DNA of 64,000 bases from Nitrosarchaeum sp. (GCA_965223865.1 OZ245020.1:1632001-1696000), one strand, 5' to 3'; positions 41,720 through 52,371 are shown, counted from the stretch's first letter. Numbers and translations are program-made. The notes: generated by a model not told the origin, from the sequence alone.

Positions 41720-42814
41720 TTAATCACCAGTGACGAATTTTTCACAGGCTGCCTTTGCTGCTACATCAGAGGTTTGCTCAATTGGATGTTTCATCAAATA
41801 TGCGCTAGCTGGTTTTATTGGACCTCCAACTCCCCTATCAAGCGCAATCTTTGCAAGCCTTACAGCATCAATAACAATTCCTGCAGAATTTGCCTTGTCA
41901 TCAACCTCAAGACGAACTTCCATATTGTATGGAATGTTTGCCCATTGTCTTCCTTCAATTCTCATGAACATGAGTTTTGTGTTACCCAAAAAGGGAATAA
42001 AGTCAGAAGGACCAACATAAATTTGGTCATCATCTAATCTTTCATCTAATTGGCTTTGAACACTCTCAGTTTTAGAAATTTTCTTTGAAACAAGTCTTTC
42101 TTGTTCTTTCATATTTAGAAAATCAGTGTTTCCTCCAACGTTAATTTGGTATGTTTTTTCAATTTTTGTTCCACGATCATTGCATAATTTTGCTAAGGTT
42201 CTATGAACAATTGTAGCTCCAACTTGACCTTTGATATCATCACCAATACAAGGAATGTTTTTTTCTTCGAATTTTTTTGCCCATTTTTCATCAGAAGCAA
42301 TGAAGGACGGGATACAATTTACGAATGCTGTGTTTGTATCAAGACAAATCTGTGCCCAAAACTCTGTTACTTTATCAGAGCCCACAGGTAAATAAGATAC
42401 GATGATTTCAGCACCAGTGTCTTTTATCACCTTTTTTACATCCTCTGCTATTTGTTCAGTTGTTTTGTCACTTTTGATTGGGTTGACTCGATTCTCTACC
42501 CATAATCCTACACCATCCAAAACAGGGCTTTCATAGACTTTGCCATCTGTTTTTGGCATTGACTCTTTTGGAACCCAGTTTACCATGTTTGGGTATTCAT
42601 AAATTGCTTCATTGATTGGTTTGCCAACCTTGTTTTCACCAACATCAAATCCACACACAAAATCAATATCATGAATACCATATCCTGCTAACTTGTCATG
42701 AATAATACCAATTACTTGTTGTGAAGGATTTTGTCTATAGTATTCTATTCCTTGAATTAATCCTGAAAAACAATTTCCTATACCTACTAAACCAACTTTA
42801 ATTCTGTCTGACAT
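41720..42814 (-). CDS. ino1: myo-Inositol-1-phosphate synthase
   Basis: Start MSDRIKVGLVGIGNC at 42814; YLPVGS, GDDIKGQVGAT, NVGGNTDFLN, DKANSAG. Confidence 0.95.
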   Translation of the reverse strand: MSDRIKVGLVGIGNCFSGLIQGIEYYRQNPSQQVIGIIHDKLAGYGIHDIDFVCGFDVGENKVGKPINEAIYEYPNMVNWVPKESMPKTDGKVYESPVLDGVGLWVENRVNPIKSDKTTEQIAEDVKKVIKDTGAEIIVSYLPVGSDKVTEFWAQICLDTNTAFVNCIPSFIASDEKWAKKFEEKNIPCIGDDIKGQVGATIVHRTLAKLCNDRGTKIEKTYQINVGGNTDFLNMKEQERLVSKKISKTESVQSQLDERLDDDQIYVGPSDFIPFLGNTKLMFMRIEGRQWANIPYNMEVRLEVDDKANSAGIVIDAVRLAKIALDRGVGGPIKPASAYLMKHPIEQTSDVAAKAACEKFVTGD

Positions 42815-42916
42815 TCGAAGTTTGGTGTTATTTGGCGGGTTTAAAGTTTTCTTAAAAAATTGAGTAACGGAATTTGAACAAGGCAGGATTTTATAATCGA
42901 CAAATAAAATCACATC

Positions 42917-43858
42917 ATGATAGAGCCAGGTAGGCCAGTAAAAGACATACAAATTGATTCATATGCATCAATAGAAAATATTTTTGATGAATTATCACAG
43001 TCAGGTGGATTTGAATCTGTAAATCTATCTGATGGTTTGAATATCTTAACATCAATGATTTCAGATGAAAAATGTCTAAGATTTGTTTCATTTGTGGGAG
43101 CAGTCGTATCAACTGGTCTGAGAGGAATTATCAAAGACATGATCAAAAACAAGTGGTTTGATGTAGCAATTACAACTTGTGGTGCACTTGATCATGACAT
43201 TGCAAGACATTTTTCAAATTATAAAGAAGGATCATTTACAATGGATGATAGAGAGTTAGCTGACCAGAATATTCACAGATTAGGAAATGTATTGGTTCCT
43301 ATGGATAGTTATGGTCCACTAATTGAAGAAAAGATGCAGTTATTTTTAGAAGAAGAGTACCAGAAAGGGGCCAAAGAATTGTCAACTGCGCAAATTTGTA
43401 AAATAATTGGAAAGAACTTGGGAGAAGACTCTTTTCTATATTGGGCATATAAAAATGGCGTAGATGTGATAGTACCTGGAATAATGGATGGTGCAGTAGG
43501 AAGTCAAATTTGGCTATTTACACAAAAACACAGTGATTTTAAACTAAATTTGGCAGAAGATGCAAATTTACTGTCAGGCCAAATTTTCAAAGCAGAAAAA
43601 TCAGGAGCAATGATGATCGGAGGAGGGATTTCAAAGCATCATACTTTATGGTGGAACCAATACAGAGAGGGACTAGACTATGCATTTTACATCACCACGG
43701 CTCAAGAATTTGATGGTAGTTTGAGTGGAGCACTGGTAAGAGAAGCAATTTCGTGGGGCAAGGTTACACAAAAAGCAAGGCAAGCAACTCTGCATGCAGA
43801 AGCTACAACAATTTTGCCTTTCATTTATGCGGCATTACTTTCAAAATTGAAAAAATAA
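42917..43858 (+). CDS. dys: Deoxyhypusine synthase
   Basis: STGLRG, IHRLGN, GGGISKHH, DGSLSGA...EAISWGK. Confidence 0.95.
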   Translation: MIEPGRPVKDIQIDSYASIENIFDELSQSGGFESVNLSDGLNILTSMISDEKCLRFVSFVGAVVSTGLRGIIKDMIKNKWFDVAITTCGALDHDIARHFSNYKEGSFTMDDRELADQNIHRLGNVLVPMDSYGPLIEEKMQLFLEEEYQKGAKELSTAQICKIIGKNLGEDSFLYWAYKNGVDVIVPGIMDGAVGSQIWLFTQKHSDFKLNLAEDANLLSGQIFKAEKSGAMMIGGGISKHHTLWWNQYREGLDYAFYITTAQEFDGSLSGALVREAISWGKVTQKARQATLHAEATTILPFIYAALLSKLKK

Positions 43859-43907
43859 TTTTTCAGATGGATAAAAACTATTATTCAATAATTGACAAAA
43901 AATAGTA

Positions 43908-44618
43908 TTGGATCCTAAAATGAAGATAAGAGAATTCAAAGAATTGAATTTGGAAGGAGGGTATCTCATTGATGGTTTTCCTTCAGTGGGATTTAGTAGC
44001 GCAATATCAACTGAATCAATGATTCATACCTCAAAATTTTTCTTGGCAGGAGTAATATCATCAGATAATTTTCCGCCTATTAGTTTAATTAAAGAGGGAA
44101 AACCAAATTTCCCTACAAGAATTTTTGTAAATGAAGAAACCAAAGTATCTATGTTCTTATCTTATCTCACTCTTCATGAATCACTACATAGATCAGCTGC
44201 AAAATTAATGCTCAATTGGGCAAAAAAGCAGAAAATAGATTTAGTGGTCAGTAGTGTTGCAGTAAAAACACCAGGACTGGAAAGATTGGTTGCTGTTGGA
44301 AGTACAGACTCGGCAAGACAGAAAATCAAAGAGGCAGGATTCAGAGTTTTAGAAAATGGAATTGTTCCAGGAATTCCAGGAATATTACTTAATGAAGGAA
44401 GTTTGGAGAATCAAGATGTAATTGTAATTCTTTTTCATTCAGATGGAACAGGTCCAGATTTCAGATCTAGTGCAAAACTTTGTGAAGCAATTTCAAGACT
44501 AGTTCCTGGCACGGCATGCAATATGCCACAATTACAAAGAGAAGCCGAGAAAGCAGAGACTTTGATCAAAGAAACACAAGAAGAATCAAAACATCTCAAA
44601 GATTCAATGTACAGATAA
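43908..44618 (+). CDS. PAC2 family proteasome assembly chaperone-like protein
   Basis: LIDGFPSVG, FPP...FPTRIF, GIPGILL, PDFRSSA, C-terminal MYR. Confidence 0.85.
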   Translation: MDPKMKIREFKELNLEGGYLIDGFPSVGFSSAISTESMIHTSKFFLAGVISSDNFPPISLIKEGKPNFPTRIFVNEETKVSMFLSYLTLHESLHRSAAKLMLNWAKKQKIDLVVSSVAVKTPGLERLVAVGSTDSARQKIKEAGFRVLENGIVPGIPGILLNEGSLENQDVIVILFHSDGTGPDFRSSAKLCEAISRLVPGTACNMPQLQREAEKAETLIKETQEESKHLKDSMYR

Positions 44619-44662
44619 TCAACAGGTTAATTTCACAAACAGGTTCTGAAATTATTGATAAA

Positions 44663-45280
44663 ATGAATCAAATCTTGGATTTTGCAGTAATGGTAATTGT
44701 AATTTCAGCATCAGGAGTAATGGCTCCAGGTCCGTTATTTACAGCAAATGTGGTTTACGGTCTAAAGCAAGGAACTTGTGCAGGAATAAAAATGGCAGTA
44801 GGCCACACAATTGTTGAATTTCCACTTGTGGTTCTTTTAGGGATTGGAGTTTTTTCATTAGAAATTTTTCCGGAATTTAGAACAATAATTTCTATTTTGG
44901 GTGCATTAACTCTATTTGTTTTTGCAGGAATTCAAATCAGAGCAACATTGCTAAAAAAGCAAGAAAAAGGAATACACCAAAAACATGGGGCGGTTATTGC
45001 AGGAATTACACTTAGTGCATTAAATCCATTTTTTATTATTTGGTGGCTAAGCGTTGGATTCAAACTTATTTCAGATGCGATGATAATCTGGGCATTTGCA
45101 GGAATAATTGTTTTGTTTGCACTCCACATATGGATGGACTTTGCTTGGTTGGGAGCAGTAGCATACCTTGCAAAGAAAAGCGCCAAAATTCTTTCAAACA
45201 GAAATTACAAAATCATGATGATAGTTCTTAGTGCTAGTTTAGTATATTTTGGCATCACATTTCTTGGTGAGGTTATTTAA
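44663..45280 (+). CDS. LysE family transporter
   Basis: SGVMAPGP, GHTIVE, LNPFFIIWW; six hydrophobic segments. Confidence 0.88.
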   Translation: MNQILDFAVMVIVISASGVMAPGPLFTANVVYGLKQGTCAGIKMAVGHTIVEFPLVVLLGIGVFSLEIFPEFRTIISILGALTLFVFAGIQIRATLLKKQEKGIHQKHGAVIAGITLSALNPFFIIWWLSVGFKLISDAMIIWAFAGIIVLFALHIWMDFAWLGAVAYLAKKSAKILSNRNYKIMMIVLSASLVYFGITFLGEVI

Positions 45281-45516
45281 CCACAATCTAGAATCTCGAT
45301 TTGTGGTTCACATTGTTCATTGAACAAATCAATTCTTTCAACTAAAACTTCACAATATTCAGCATCAAGGGATTGCTCATAAGTTTTCAAATCATTTAGA
45401 AGTGACATGTGCTGTATACCACAGAAATTTCCAGACACAGATAAAACAACTACAGCCGCAAAAATTACTGAAAAGACTAAGATTAAATTTTTAATTTTAT
45501 TTTTTTGAAATGTCAA
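45277..45516 (-). CDS. Small membrane-anchored Cys-containing hypothetical protein
   Basis: Basic N-terminus and one TM helix, then FC...YC...QC...LDCG; start uncertain. Confidence 0.6.
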   Translation of the reverse strand: MTFQKNKIKNLILVFSVIFAAVVVLSVSGNFCGIQHMSLLNDLKTYEQSLDAEYCEVLVERIDLFNEQCEPQIEILDCG

Positions 45517-46225
45517 TTTCCATAGTGGATACATTACGCTGTTTTCCATCTTGAGAAGTAAGTGAATCAGATGAAATTCTAACATCACTAATTGTATAGC
45601 CTACTGTATCCATTCTTTTTACAATCATTTGAGAGACATCAACTGCCTGAGTAATTCTTTTTCCCCTTGCTTTTATTGTGACAGTATCTCTTGATGCAAG
45701 TTGTGTCAAAGTAGCTGAAACATATGTCATAATAGGTTTAGTACCAACAAAAATCACATCTCTTTCTTGAGGTTTGGTTTCTGATTTGGTTCCTATTGCA
45801 GCCTCAGGAGCTGGTTCTGGTGTCGTTTGTGTTGGTTCAGGAGCTGGTTCTGGTGTCGTTTGTGTTGGTTCAGGAGCTGGTTCTGGTGTCGTTTGTGTTG
45901 GTTCAGGAGCTGGTTCTGGTGTCGTTTGTGTTGGTTCAGGAGCTGGTTCTGGTGTCGTTTGTGTTGGTTCAGGAGCTGGTTCTGGTGTCGTTTGTGTTGG
46001 TTCAGGAGCTGGTTCTGGTGTCGTTTGTGTTGGTTCAGGAGCTGGTTCTGGTGTCGTTTGTGTTGGTTCAGGAGCTTCTAGTTTTGGTTCTGGTTCAGGA
46101 GCTTCTAGTTTTGGTTCTGGTTCAGGAGCTTCTAGTTTTGGTTCTGGTTCAGGTTTTGATTTAACTGAATCTTGAAATTCTGATAAAATATCTTCTGCAT
46201 CTTTTGATTTTTTTTGACTACTCAA
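45497..46225 (-). CDS. alba: Alba DNA/RNA-binding protein with long acidic Pro-rich N-terminal extension
   Basis: C-terminal Alba domain ([34 protein letters not shown]); N-terminal PEPEPKLEA and [11 protein letters not shown] repeats. Confidence 0.9.
   Translation of the reverse strand: MSSQKKSKDAEDILSEFQDSVKSKPEPEPKLEAPEPEPKLEAPEPEPKLEAPEPTQTTPEPAPEPTQTTPEPAPEPTQTTPEPAPEPTQTTPEPAPEPTQTTPEPAPEPTQTTPEPAPEPTQTTPEPAPEPTQTTPEPAPEAAIGTKSETKPQERDVIFVGTKPIMTYVSATLTQLASRDTVTIKARGKRITQAVDVSQMIVKRMDTVGYTISDVRISSDSLTSQDGKQRNVSTMEIDISKK
45804..46148. repeat. Coding VNTR: 8 x 33 nt plus 3 x 27 nt perfect tandem repeats
   Basis: tcaggagctggttctggtgtcgtttgtgttggt x8 (45804-46067), then tcaggagcttctagttttggttctggt x3 (46068-46148). 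Confidence 0.95.
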
Positions 46226-46263
46226 TTTTTGTTCCTTACCCCAAAATCTTCTTTCGGTTTTAT

Positions 46264-46512
46264 TTAATGATTAAGTTTCTGTTCTTTGACATAATCTTCA
46301 AAAATTTTTTCTACTTCATCATCATTTTTTGAATCTCTAACCTTGTTTACCAAAGATTCTTCTTCAATTTCATAACAATTCAAGACATCTTGTGAATCCT
46401 TGAAAACCAACAAAATCTTGTCTTTGAAAATACAGTGATAGAGCTTTTCTTTTTGCATCTTTTCGGGCTTGATATTGATGCCATCATCGCCTGCAGAGAC
46501 AGGGTAATCCAT
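46264..46512 (-). CDS. Hypothetical protein
   Basis: ORF MDYPVSAGDDGINIKPEKM...; protein-like; no recognised motif. Confidence 0.7.
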   Translation of the reverse strand: MDYPVSAGDDGINIKPEKMQKEKLYHCIFKDKILLVFKDSQDVLNCYEIEEESLVNKVRDSKNDDEVEKIFEDYVKEQKLNH

Positions 46513-46584
46513 AACCAACATGAGATTTCTCACTATTTAGATGAATTCAAAATATAGTAATAACAAAGAATTACATCAGAAATA

Positions 46585-47679
46585 TTGGAAAATAGAGTAG
46601 TTTTCCACATTGATTTTGATTACTTTTTTGCACAGTGCGAAGAGATTAGAAAACCTGAACTAAAATCAAAGCCAGTATGCGTTTGTATCTTTTCTGATAG
46701 GGGAGGAGATAGTGGGGCTATTGCAACTGCAAACTATACAGCAAGAAAATTTGGGGTGAATTCTGGGCTTCCTATTATCTTTGCAAAAAAGAGACTAGAA
46801 GGAAGACCAGATGCCGTATTTTTGCCTGCAGATTTTGATTACTATATTGAAATTTCTGAAAAAGCCATGCAAATAATGAATGACTTTGCAGATGTTTTTG
46901 AATACGTAGGAAAAGATGAAGCCTACCTTGATGTGACAAATAGACTAGAAGGAGATTTTCAAAAGGCAAGCCATTTAGCCCAGCAGATAAAAAATGCAAT
47001 TAGAGACAAAGTAAAGATGAGTTGCTCCATAGGAGTTTCTCCAAATAAACTAATCTCAAAGATGGCATCAGATTTTCAAAAACCTGATGGGCTGACAGTT
47101 GTTCCACCACAAAAGGTTGAAGAATTTTTAGAGTCATTAAAAATTAGAGACATTCCAGGTATTGGCAAAAAGACGGAACAAAAATTATCTCAAATGAATC
47201 TAGAAACAATTGGAGATTTAAAAAAACTAGACGTCTTTACGTTAAACAAAGAATTTGGAAGAAAAAGTGGCACATACATCTTTAATTCTGTAAGAGGCGT
47301 AGATGACGAACCAGTCAAGAAAAGAGAAGCTACAATTCAATTTAGTAAAATTGTCACTCTGAAAAAAGATTCCAAAGAATTAGAGTTTTTATCTCAAAAC
47401 TTGGAGGAGATTTGCAAAGAGTTGCACCAAGTAGTACAAAAAAACAATAAGATGTTCAAGTCAGTTGGAATTCAATTCATACAGTCAGATTTATCAAACA
47501 AGACAAAATCAAGGATGCTCAAAAACCCAACTGAAGGCTTTGAAGAATTGAATAAAAATGCTCAGCAACTATTGAGAGAAGCACTAGTTGATCAGCAAAA
47601 CACCATCAGAAGGTTAGGAGTGAAGGTATCAGAACTTTCAGATGTAAAGGGTCAAAGTAGTATTACTAGTTATTTTTAG
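46585..47679 (+). CDS. dinB: Y-family DNA polymerase IV (Dpo4/DinB)
   Basis: FHIDFDYFFAQCE, ATANYTARKFG, DEAYLD, KPDG, IPGIGKK; C-terminal PIP box QSSITSYF. Confidence 0.95.
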   Translation: MENRVVFHIDFDYFFAQCEEIRKPELKSKPVCVCIFSDRGGDSGAIATANYTARKFGVNSGLPIIFAKKRLEGRPDAVFLPADFDYYIEISEKAMQIMNDFADVFEYVGKDEAYLDVTNRLEGDFQKASHLAQQIKNAIRDKVKMSCSIGVSPNKLISKMASDFQKPDGLTVVPPQKVEEFLESLKIRDIPGIGKKTEQKLSQMNLETIGDLKKLDVFTLNKEFGRKSGTYIFNSVRGVDDEPVKKREATIQFSKIVTLKKDSKELEFLSQNLEEICKELHQVVQKNNKMFKSVGIQFIQSDLSNKTKSRMLKNPTEGFEELNKNAQQLLREALVDQQNTIRRLGVKVSELSDVKGQSSITSYF

Positions 47680-48610
47680 CAACGGATTTTTGCTCAGCTT
47701 CCTTTTTTTTAAATCGCCTTGATTCAATCAGAATAACGATTAGCAGAAATACGAAAAGCCAAGGTAAGAACAGAATTTCCCCTGCAACTGAATGGAATTC
47801 TTCCCACTGTTCGGCATCAGTTGTAACTTTGAGGGCATACCACGAAAGAGAAAAGATTCGAATTACATTAACACCAATAGTTCCGCATATTCCTATTGCA
47901 AAGTAGATAGACTTTCTTCCTCTTGCAATGTTCATCTTTAGTAAAAATGCTCCCATCACTAAGGAATAGATGATAATGCTGTGCACACCAGCTGATGGCC
48001 AAAAGACCTGAAGTACCATTGGGCCATAATCTCCTCTGAGGAACATGATATTATCCCTAGCTGTTGCAACACCAAGATCAAATACAGTCACTAACCAAAC
48101 ATTTGTTTGCACAAGATATGGAACCACATACTGCAATGGACCTAGTGAATCATACGGGAAGAATGCATCAAGGGATAAAATTATTGCACTACCTCCCAAA
48201 AAGATAGGACCGGCAGGAGCTATACGAATCCATCTAGAACCAAAGAAGATACTAAGCGCTGTCATGATAAACAGAGTCATTACAACAAAATCCCATAACC
48301 ATGTCCAAGAATAGATTAATTGAACGCTGTAAGATTCTGCTGATTCTAAAATGTAATCTCGAAGACCAAACTCCAACCCAACAAGATATGCAATTACACC
48401 TGCTGCAATTGGAATAACAGATAACAATCTCTTTTTGGATATAACAATCTTTAATCCTACTAGTTCTGCTACAACAAAAACAAGGGCAAAAAGAAAACCA
48501 CCCCTTCCCTGGTTCCAGCTTAGACTAAAGGTGTCAGGAAATACAATCAATGCAAACAAAATAGGGCTGGAGATGATTCCGATTCCTGCCATTAGATTCC
48601 AATTTTGCAT
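47666..48610 (-). CDS. Thaumarchaeosortase (archaeosortase/exosortase family)
   Basis: Multi-TM protein with WNQGRGG, VFWPSAGVHS (Ser at the nucleophile position), NVIRI and FH. Confidence 0.85.
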   Translation of the reverse strand: MQNWNLMAGIGIISSPILFALIVFPDTFSLSWNQGRGGFLFALVFVVAELVGLKIVISKKRLLSVIPIAAGVIAYLVGLEFGLRDYILESAESYSVQLIYSWTWLWDFVVMTLFIMTALSIFFGSRWIRIAPAGPIFLGGSAIILSLDAFFPYDSLGPLQYVVPYLVQTNVWLVTVFDLGVATARDNIMFLRGDYGPMVLQVFWPSAGVHSIIIYSLVMGAFLLKMNIARGRKSIYFAIGICGTIGVNVIRIFSLSWYALKVTTDAEQWEEFHSVAGEILFLPWLFVFLLIVILIESRRFKKKEAEQKSVAKNN

Positions 48611-48671
48611 TATGATAAAGCTAAGAATTGTCCCATAAATAGTTCAACGTCTGGATTTAGTATAAGACATG

Positions 48672-49829
48672 CTAGAAAAAATCAGCAATGGTCTTTTGTT
48701 TTAATAGTTTGATCATATTTCCCTGAGAAAGCCACTCGTTTTTGCTGACGCTCATCTTTTTTGTTGCAATATCAAGGGCATTTTCAAAACTATCAGCTGT
48801 AAGATAATTTTGATTCATTGCAGAGCGTATACCTTCCCGGACCTGCCAGACGCCTACTGGAATAGCATATTCGGGCCTAATTTCTCTTAGAATCAGCACC
48901 CCTGATTGTATTTCGTGTTTGGCTAGGTATTCAGCAACTGCTAGCTTTGCAGCAAAGTAAGCTCCTGCAATTGCTGGTGGGTGATCAATTCCTCTTGCAT
49001 CCTCATGGTCTGAGCCAAATCCCAAGATTCCATTTGAATACCACGCCTCTATCATCTCATATATCCACCTATGAGGAAACAATATTATCGAAAATATATT
49101 GCCTAGATGCTCAAAACTAAAAACTCTGCAAGAGTCAATCAAAGAATAGCCCAGTATTTCATCTGTAATGGATTTTGAAATGATGTCATCAGTTGCAGTA
49201 ATGCTCCATCTTGTTGGAACAAGCTTTCTGTCTTTTCCCAGCATTCCAATGCTAAAGCATTTTTGAATCTTTGAGATTTGGATTCCTGAATTGTACAAAT
49301 TTAAAACTGCGTCTTGTGCTTTGAGATCCTTGTCGTAGAATATTTTTTCAATTGACTTTTCAGCTGAAGAAATTGAAAACTTTGCAGACTTTATCTTTCT
49401 AACAGGACCAAAAGGTGCACTTTCTCCATCAAGTGAAATGTTTGATGATGTAGAGTTGTGAAACTCTAGATCAGAATCAGCAGGTTTTGTTGACATTGCA
49501 AGCTCTTGCAGGTTTTCAATGTATCTTCCCTCAGTTTGATCAACTGAAATTTTTTTTATTCCCCTAACAAGGTTGAGTCTAAAGTTTACAATCTCTTCTA
49601 GAGATTTTCCGCTCCACTCTTCTGGACTGTCTAATAATTCAGTATCGCCATGAACTGGTGGAACCATAGGTCCAACAAATACAGAAGGATAACTGTAAGA
49701 GCCAACAAATACTGAAGGTGGGCTAGAACCGCTAACAGAATCTGAAGATATGAAATTTCCATACTTTGATAAATTCTCATGCCATTTTGCAAGAATTGAT
49801 CTCCTAATATCCTGAGAATTTGCATGCAA
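48672..49829 (-). CDS. nreA: Nre family DNA repair protein
   Basis: GSSPPSVFVG, RKLVPTRWSITATD, PVGVWQVRE; C-terminal PIP box QKTIADFF. Confidence 0.9.
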   Translation of the reverse strand: MHANSQDIRRSILAKWHENLSKYGNFISSDSVSGSSPPSVFVGSYSYPSVFVGPMVPPVHGDTELLDSPEEWSGKSLEEIVNFRLNLVRGIKKISVDQTEGRYIENLQELAMSTKPADSDLEFHNSTSSNISLDGESAPFGPVRKIKSAKFSISSAEKSIEKIFYDKDLKAQDAVLNLYNSGIQISKIQKCFSIGMLGKDRKLVPTRWSITATDDIISKSITDEILGYSLIDSCRVFSFEHLGNIFSIILFPHRWIYEMIEAWYSNGILGFGSDHEDARGIDHPPAIAGAYFAAKLAVAEYLAKHEIQSGVLILREIRPEYAIPVGVWQVREGIRSAMNQNYLTADSFENALDIATKKMSVSKNEWLSQGNMIKLLKQKTIADFF

Positions 49830-49924
49830 TGAAAAATTACTGTTAAAATGAGCCTATTAACTTGCCTAATTAGTCAATTTGACACATAGTTAACATAACA
49901 TGTTTGAGAAACAAAAGGGGAAGT

Positions 49925-50860
49925 ATGACAATTAACAGAATAGTCTCTTTTTTGCCTAGCGCCACAGAATTACTGTACGAGCTAGAAGAACAAGACAAAA
50001 TTTATGGTGTCACACATGAGTGTCATTACCCAACAGATGCAAAATCAAAACCTCAAGTCATTTCTTCAGTTATTGATTCTGAAAATTTATCCAGTAAAGA
50101 AATTGATCAAAAAACATGTGAGCTGTTAAACCAAGGAAAAGACATTTTTGTTTTAGATGAAGAAAATCTCAAAAAAGCAGATCCGGATCTAATAATCTCT
50201 CAAAAGACATGCGAAGTTTGTGCTGCATATACAAATCAGGTTAACAAAGCAGTTCAAATTTTACAAAAAAGACCATTACTTTATTCAATGGACCCACACA
50301 ATCTACAAGAAATACTATCCTCTGTAAATGAGCTAGGAAAGATATTGCAAAAAGAAGACAAGGCAAGAGAGATTGTAGAATCTTTGGAAAAAAGAATAAA
50401 GAGAGTCTCAGAAACCAAGAGAGATGTCAAACCCAAAATATTGGCAATAGAATAGATAGAGCCGTTTTTTACTGCAGGTCATTGGATTCCTGAAATTATA
50501 GAGTTAGCTGGGGGTCAAAATATGATTAGCAAAATAGGTGAACATTCTAGAAGATTAAACATGCAAGAAATTATAGAATCAGATCCAGACATCATATTAT
50601 TGATGCCATGTGGTTTTGATACGCAAAGAACCATATCTGAATATAATATTTTAAAAAACAACCAGGAATGGAATTCCTTAAGAGCAGTAAAAGACGGAAA
50701 TGTTTTTGCAGTTGATGCAAATTCTTTTTTTAGTAAGCCTAGCATTAGGACAGTTACTGGCTTGGAGATAATAACAAAAATAATTCATCCAGAAAACATA
50801 GAACTAAAAGTTCCCGAGGAGTCATTTTTACAGATTAGGACAAAATCATTGTCTGAGTAG
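49925..50860 (+). pseudogene. Cobalamin/Fe-chelate ABC substrate-binding protein (BtuF-like) interrupted by an in-frame TAG
   Basis: RIVSFLPSATE, GVTHECHYP, then LAIE-TAG(50453-50455)-IEPFFTAGHW continuing in frame to MPCGF and FFSKPSIR. Confidence 0.85.
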
Positions 50861-51112
50861 ATAAATTTTAAACAAATCTTTGGTTCAAATTTGAATGGGG
50901 TACAACATGTAGGGGAATATAGATAGAGACATACATTTTACACTAAATTTTGTGCCTAAAACAATCAGAAATTGCAACAGGTTTTACTGATTTTTTGGAT
51001 GGAAGATTTTGCACTAAGATTTATTATTGAATTTTTTAGATCTGATGATTGGTTAAAATCCACAGGTACTTGATAATACTTTAGAGATAAATTTCGGTTC
51101 AAGTAGATTTGA

Positions 51113-51619
51113 TTATTTTAAAACTTTGTAGTATAAATCGACTAATTGATCATACTTTACAGTTTTAACAAATTCAAGTTTTGTCTCGTTTTCTATGTTC
51201 TTGAAGAGAGGTTTTCCTTTGCCTAAAATAATTGGAATGACAGATATTATTATCTCATCTATAGCTCCTTGATTAAGAAAAGATGCAATAATTTGTGCTC
51301 CACCAACCAACCAAATGTTTTCTCCTGCATCTGGAAAACCATCTTTTACAAATTTTTCAACATCCAATAAAAATTCAATATTTTCATCTTTATTTTGAGT
51401 AGAACTAGTAAAAACAAATGATTTTTTGTCTTTGTATGGATATTCTCCAAAAGTTAGTACTTGATCATAGGTGGTTTTACCCATAATCACAGTATCTATT
51501 GAGTCATAAAATGCACCATATCCAGATTCAGTAGCGTTTGGTAACCAATCAATTCCATCATTTTCCCTCGCTATGTATCCATCCAAGCTTGATGCGATAT
51601 ACACTAGAACTGTTGTCAC
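51113..51619 (-). CDS. Dihydrofolate reductase / RibD C-terminal family protein
   Basis: YIASSLDGYIA, DWL, IMGKTTY, IWLVGG, IDEIIISVIPIILGKGKPLF. Confidence 0.92.
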   Translation of the reverse strand: MTTVLVYIASSLDGYIARENDGIDWLPNATESGYGAFYDSIDTVIMGKTTYDQVLTFGEYPYKDKKSFVFTSSTQNKDENIEFLLDVEKFVKDGFPDAGENIWLVGGAQIIASFLNQGAIDEIIISVIPIILGKGKPLFKNIENETKLEFVKTVKYDQLVDLYYKVLK

Positions 51620-51723
51620 AAGAGTTGTAATTGTTTCAGAGTTATAATGTTATATTCAACTCAAGATTTTGTACTAAATTTCAATAGGAAAATTAAATCA
51701 TTCTTTATTCTAAAAACTAAAAA

Positions 51724-52371
51724 TTAATTCCAATCATGATCCCACACTTCATCTGGAAAAGATCTATTGCTAATATCAATATCCATATCAATATCCAAAC
51801 TATATTCAATCAAGTCTGGAAATTTACAGTCTGTATCTTTGGGAATAACAATTGACTCATGATGGAACATGTAGTATTGAACACCCTCTTTTTCTGTGAT
51901 TCCTTGGTATTTTAGAACCCCTAACACTTTTGATGAATCAGATTCATAAAAAGACAGATTAGAAAATCTGTCCGACAAATGTATCAAACCACAGTTAACT
52001 ACAAAAGTTTGATTTTTTTCTATTGGTGTAACATACGTAAGATTATCTTGTATTTTTGATTCCATGTTCAGTTTTCCATCTGTTACAAAATAATTAGAAT
52101 TGAAGGTGACCTGAATTGTCCCATCATTGTTTTGCATGATGTGAGTCATTGACGCATAGTATTTTCCATCTCTATCCACTCGATCATAATGAGTGTCCCC
52201 TCCATTTCTAAATCCATCATTTTCTATCATGTATTCAGCATCTTTTAGTACATTTTTGATACTGCGAACATCTAGTGAATCAGTTGAATCATTATCTGAA
52301 TAAATTAAGAAAAATATTCCAGATACTAAACTTCCAATGAGTACAATCAACCCTATTGCAAACTTGTCCAA
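51724..52371 (-). CDS. Membrane-anchored/secreted hypothetical protein
   Basis: N-terminal TM helix (FAIGLIVLIGSLVSGIFFLIY), soluble domain with two Cys. Confidence 0.75.
   Translation of the reverse strand: MDKFAIGLIVLIGSLVSGIFFLIYSDNDSTDSLDVRSIKNVLKDAEYMIENDGFRNGGDTHYDRVDRDGKYYASMTHIMQNNDGTIQVTFNSNYFVTDGKLNMESKIQDNLTYVTPIEKNQTFVVNCGLIHLSDRFSNLSFYESDSSKVLGVLKYQGITEKEGVQYYMFHHESIVIPKDTDCKFPDLIEYSLDIDMDIDISNRSFPDEVWDHDWN

Noticed and set aside
44466-44480. Reverse-strand match to the L motif (TAGTGCAAAA)
   Set aside because: It lies inside the PAC2 coding sequence, so it is probably chance. It also shows that the short L motif alone is weak evidence.
45804-46148. 33-nt repeats as a CRISPR array
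   Set aside because: Units are head-to-tail with no spacers, are multiples of 3 within the Alba ORF, and no cas genes are present.
45774-46175. Plus-strand repeat ORFs ([28 protein letters not shown])
   Set aside because: Stop-free alternative frames of the Alba VNTR; the minus frame leads into a recognisable domain.
47666-48610. Ser instead of catalytic Cys in the sortase as a novelty
   Set aside because: This is a described property of the thaumarchaeosortase subfamily.
50453-50455. Pyrrolysine or other amber recoding
   Set aside because: The position corresponds to a conserved Trp (one-base change), no pyl genes are seen, and TAG serves as a normal stop for other genes in the window.
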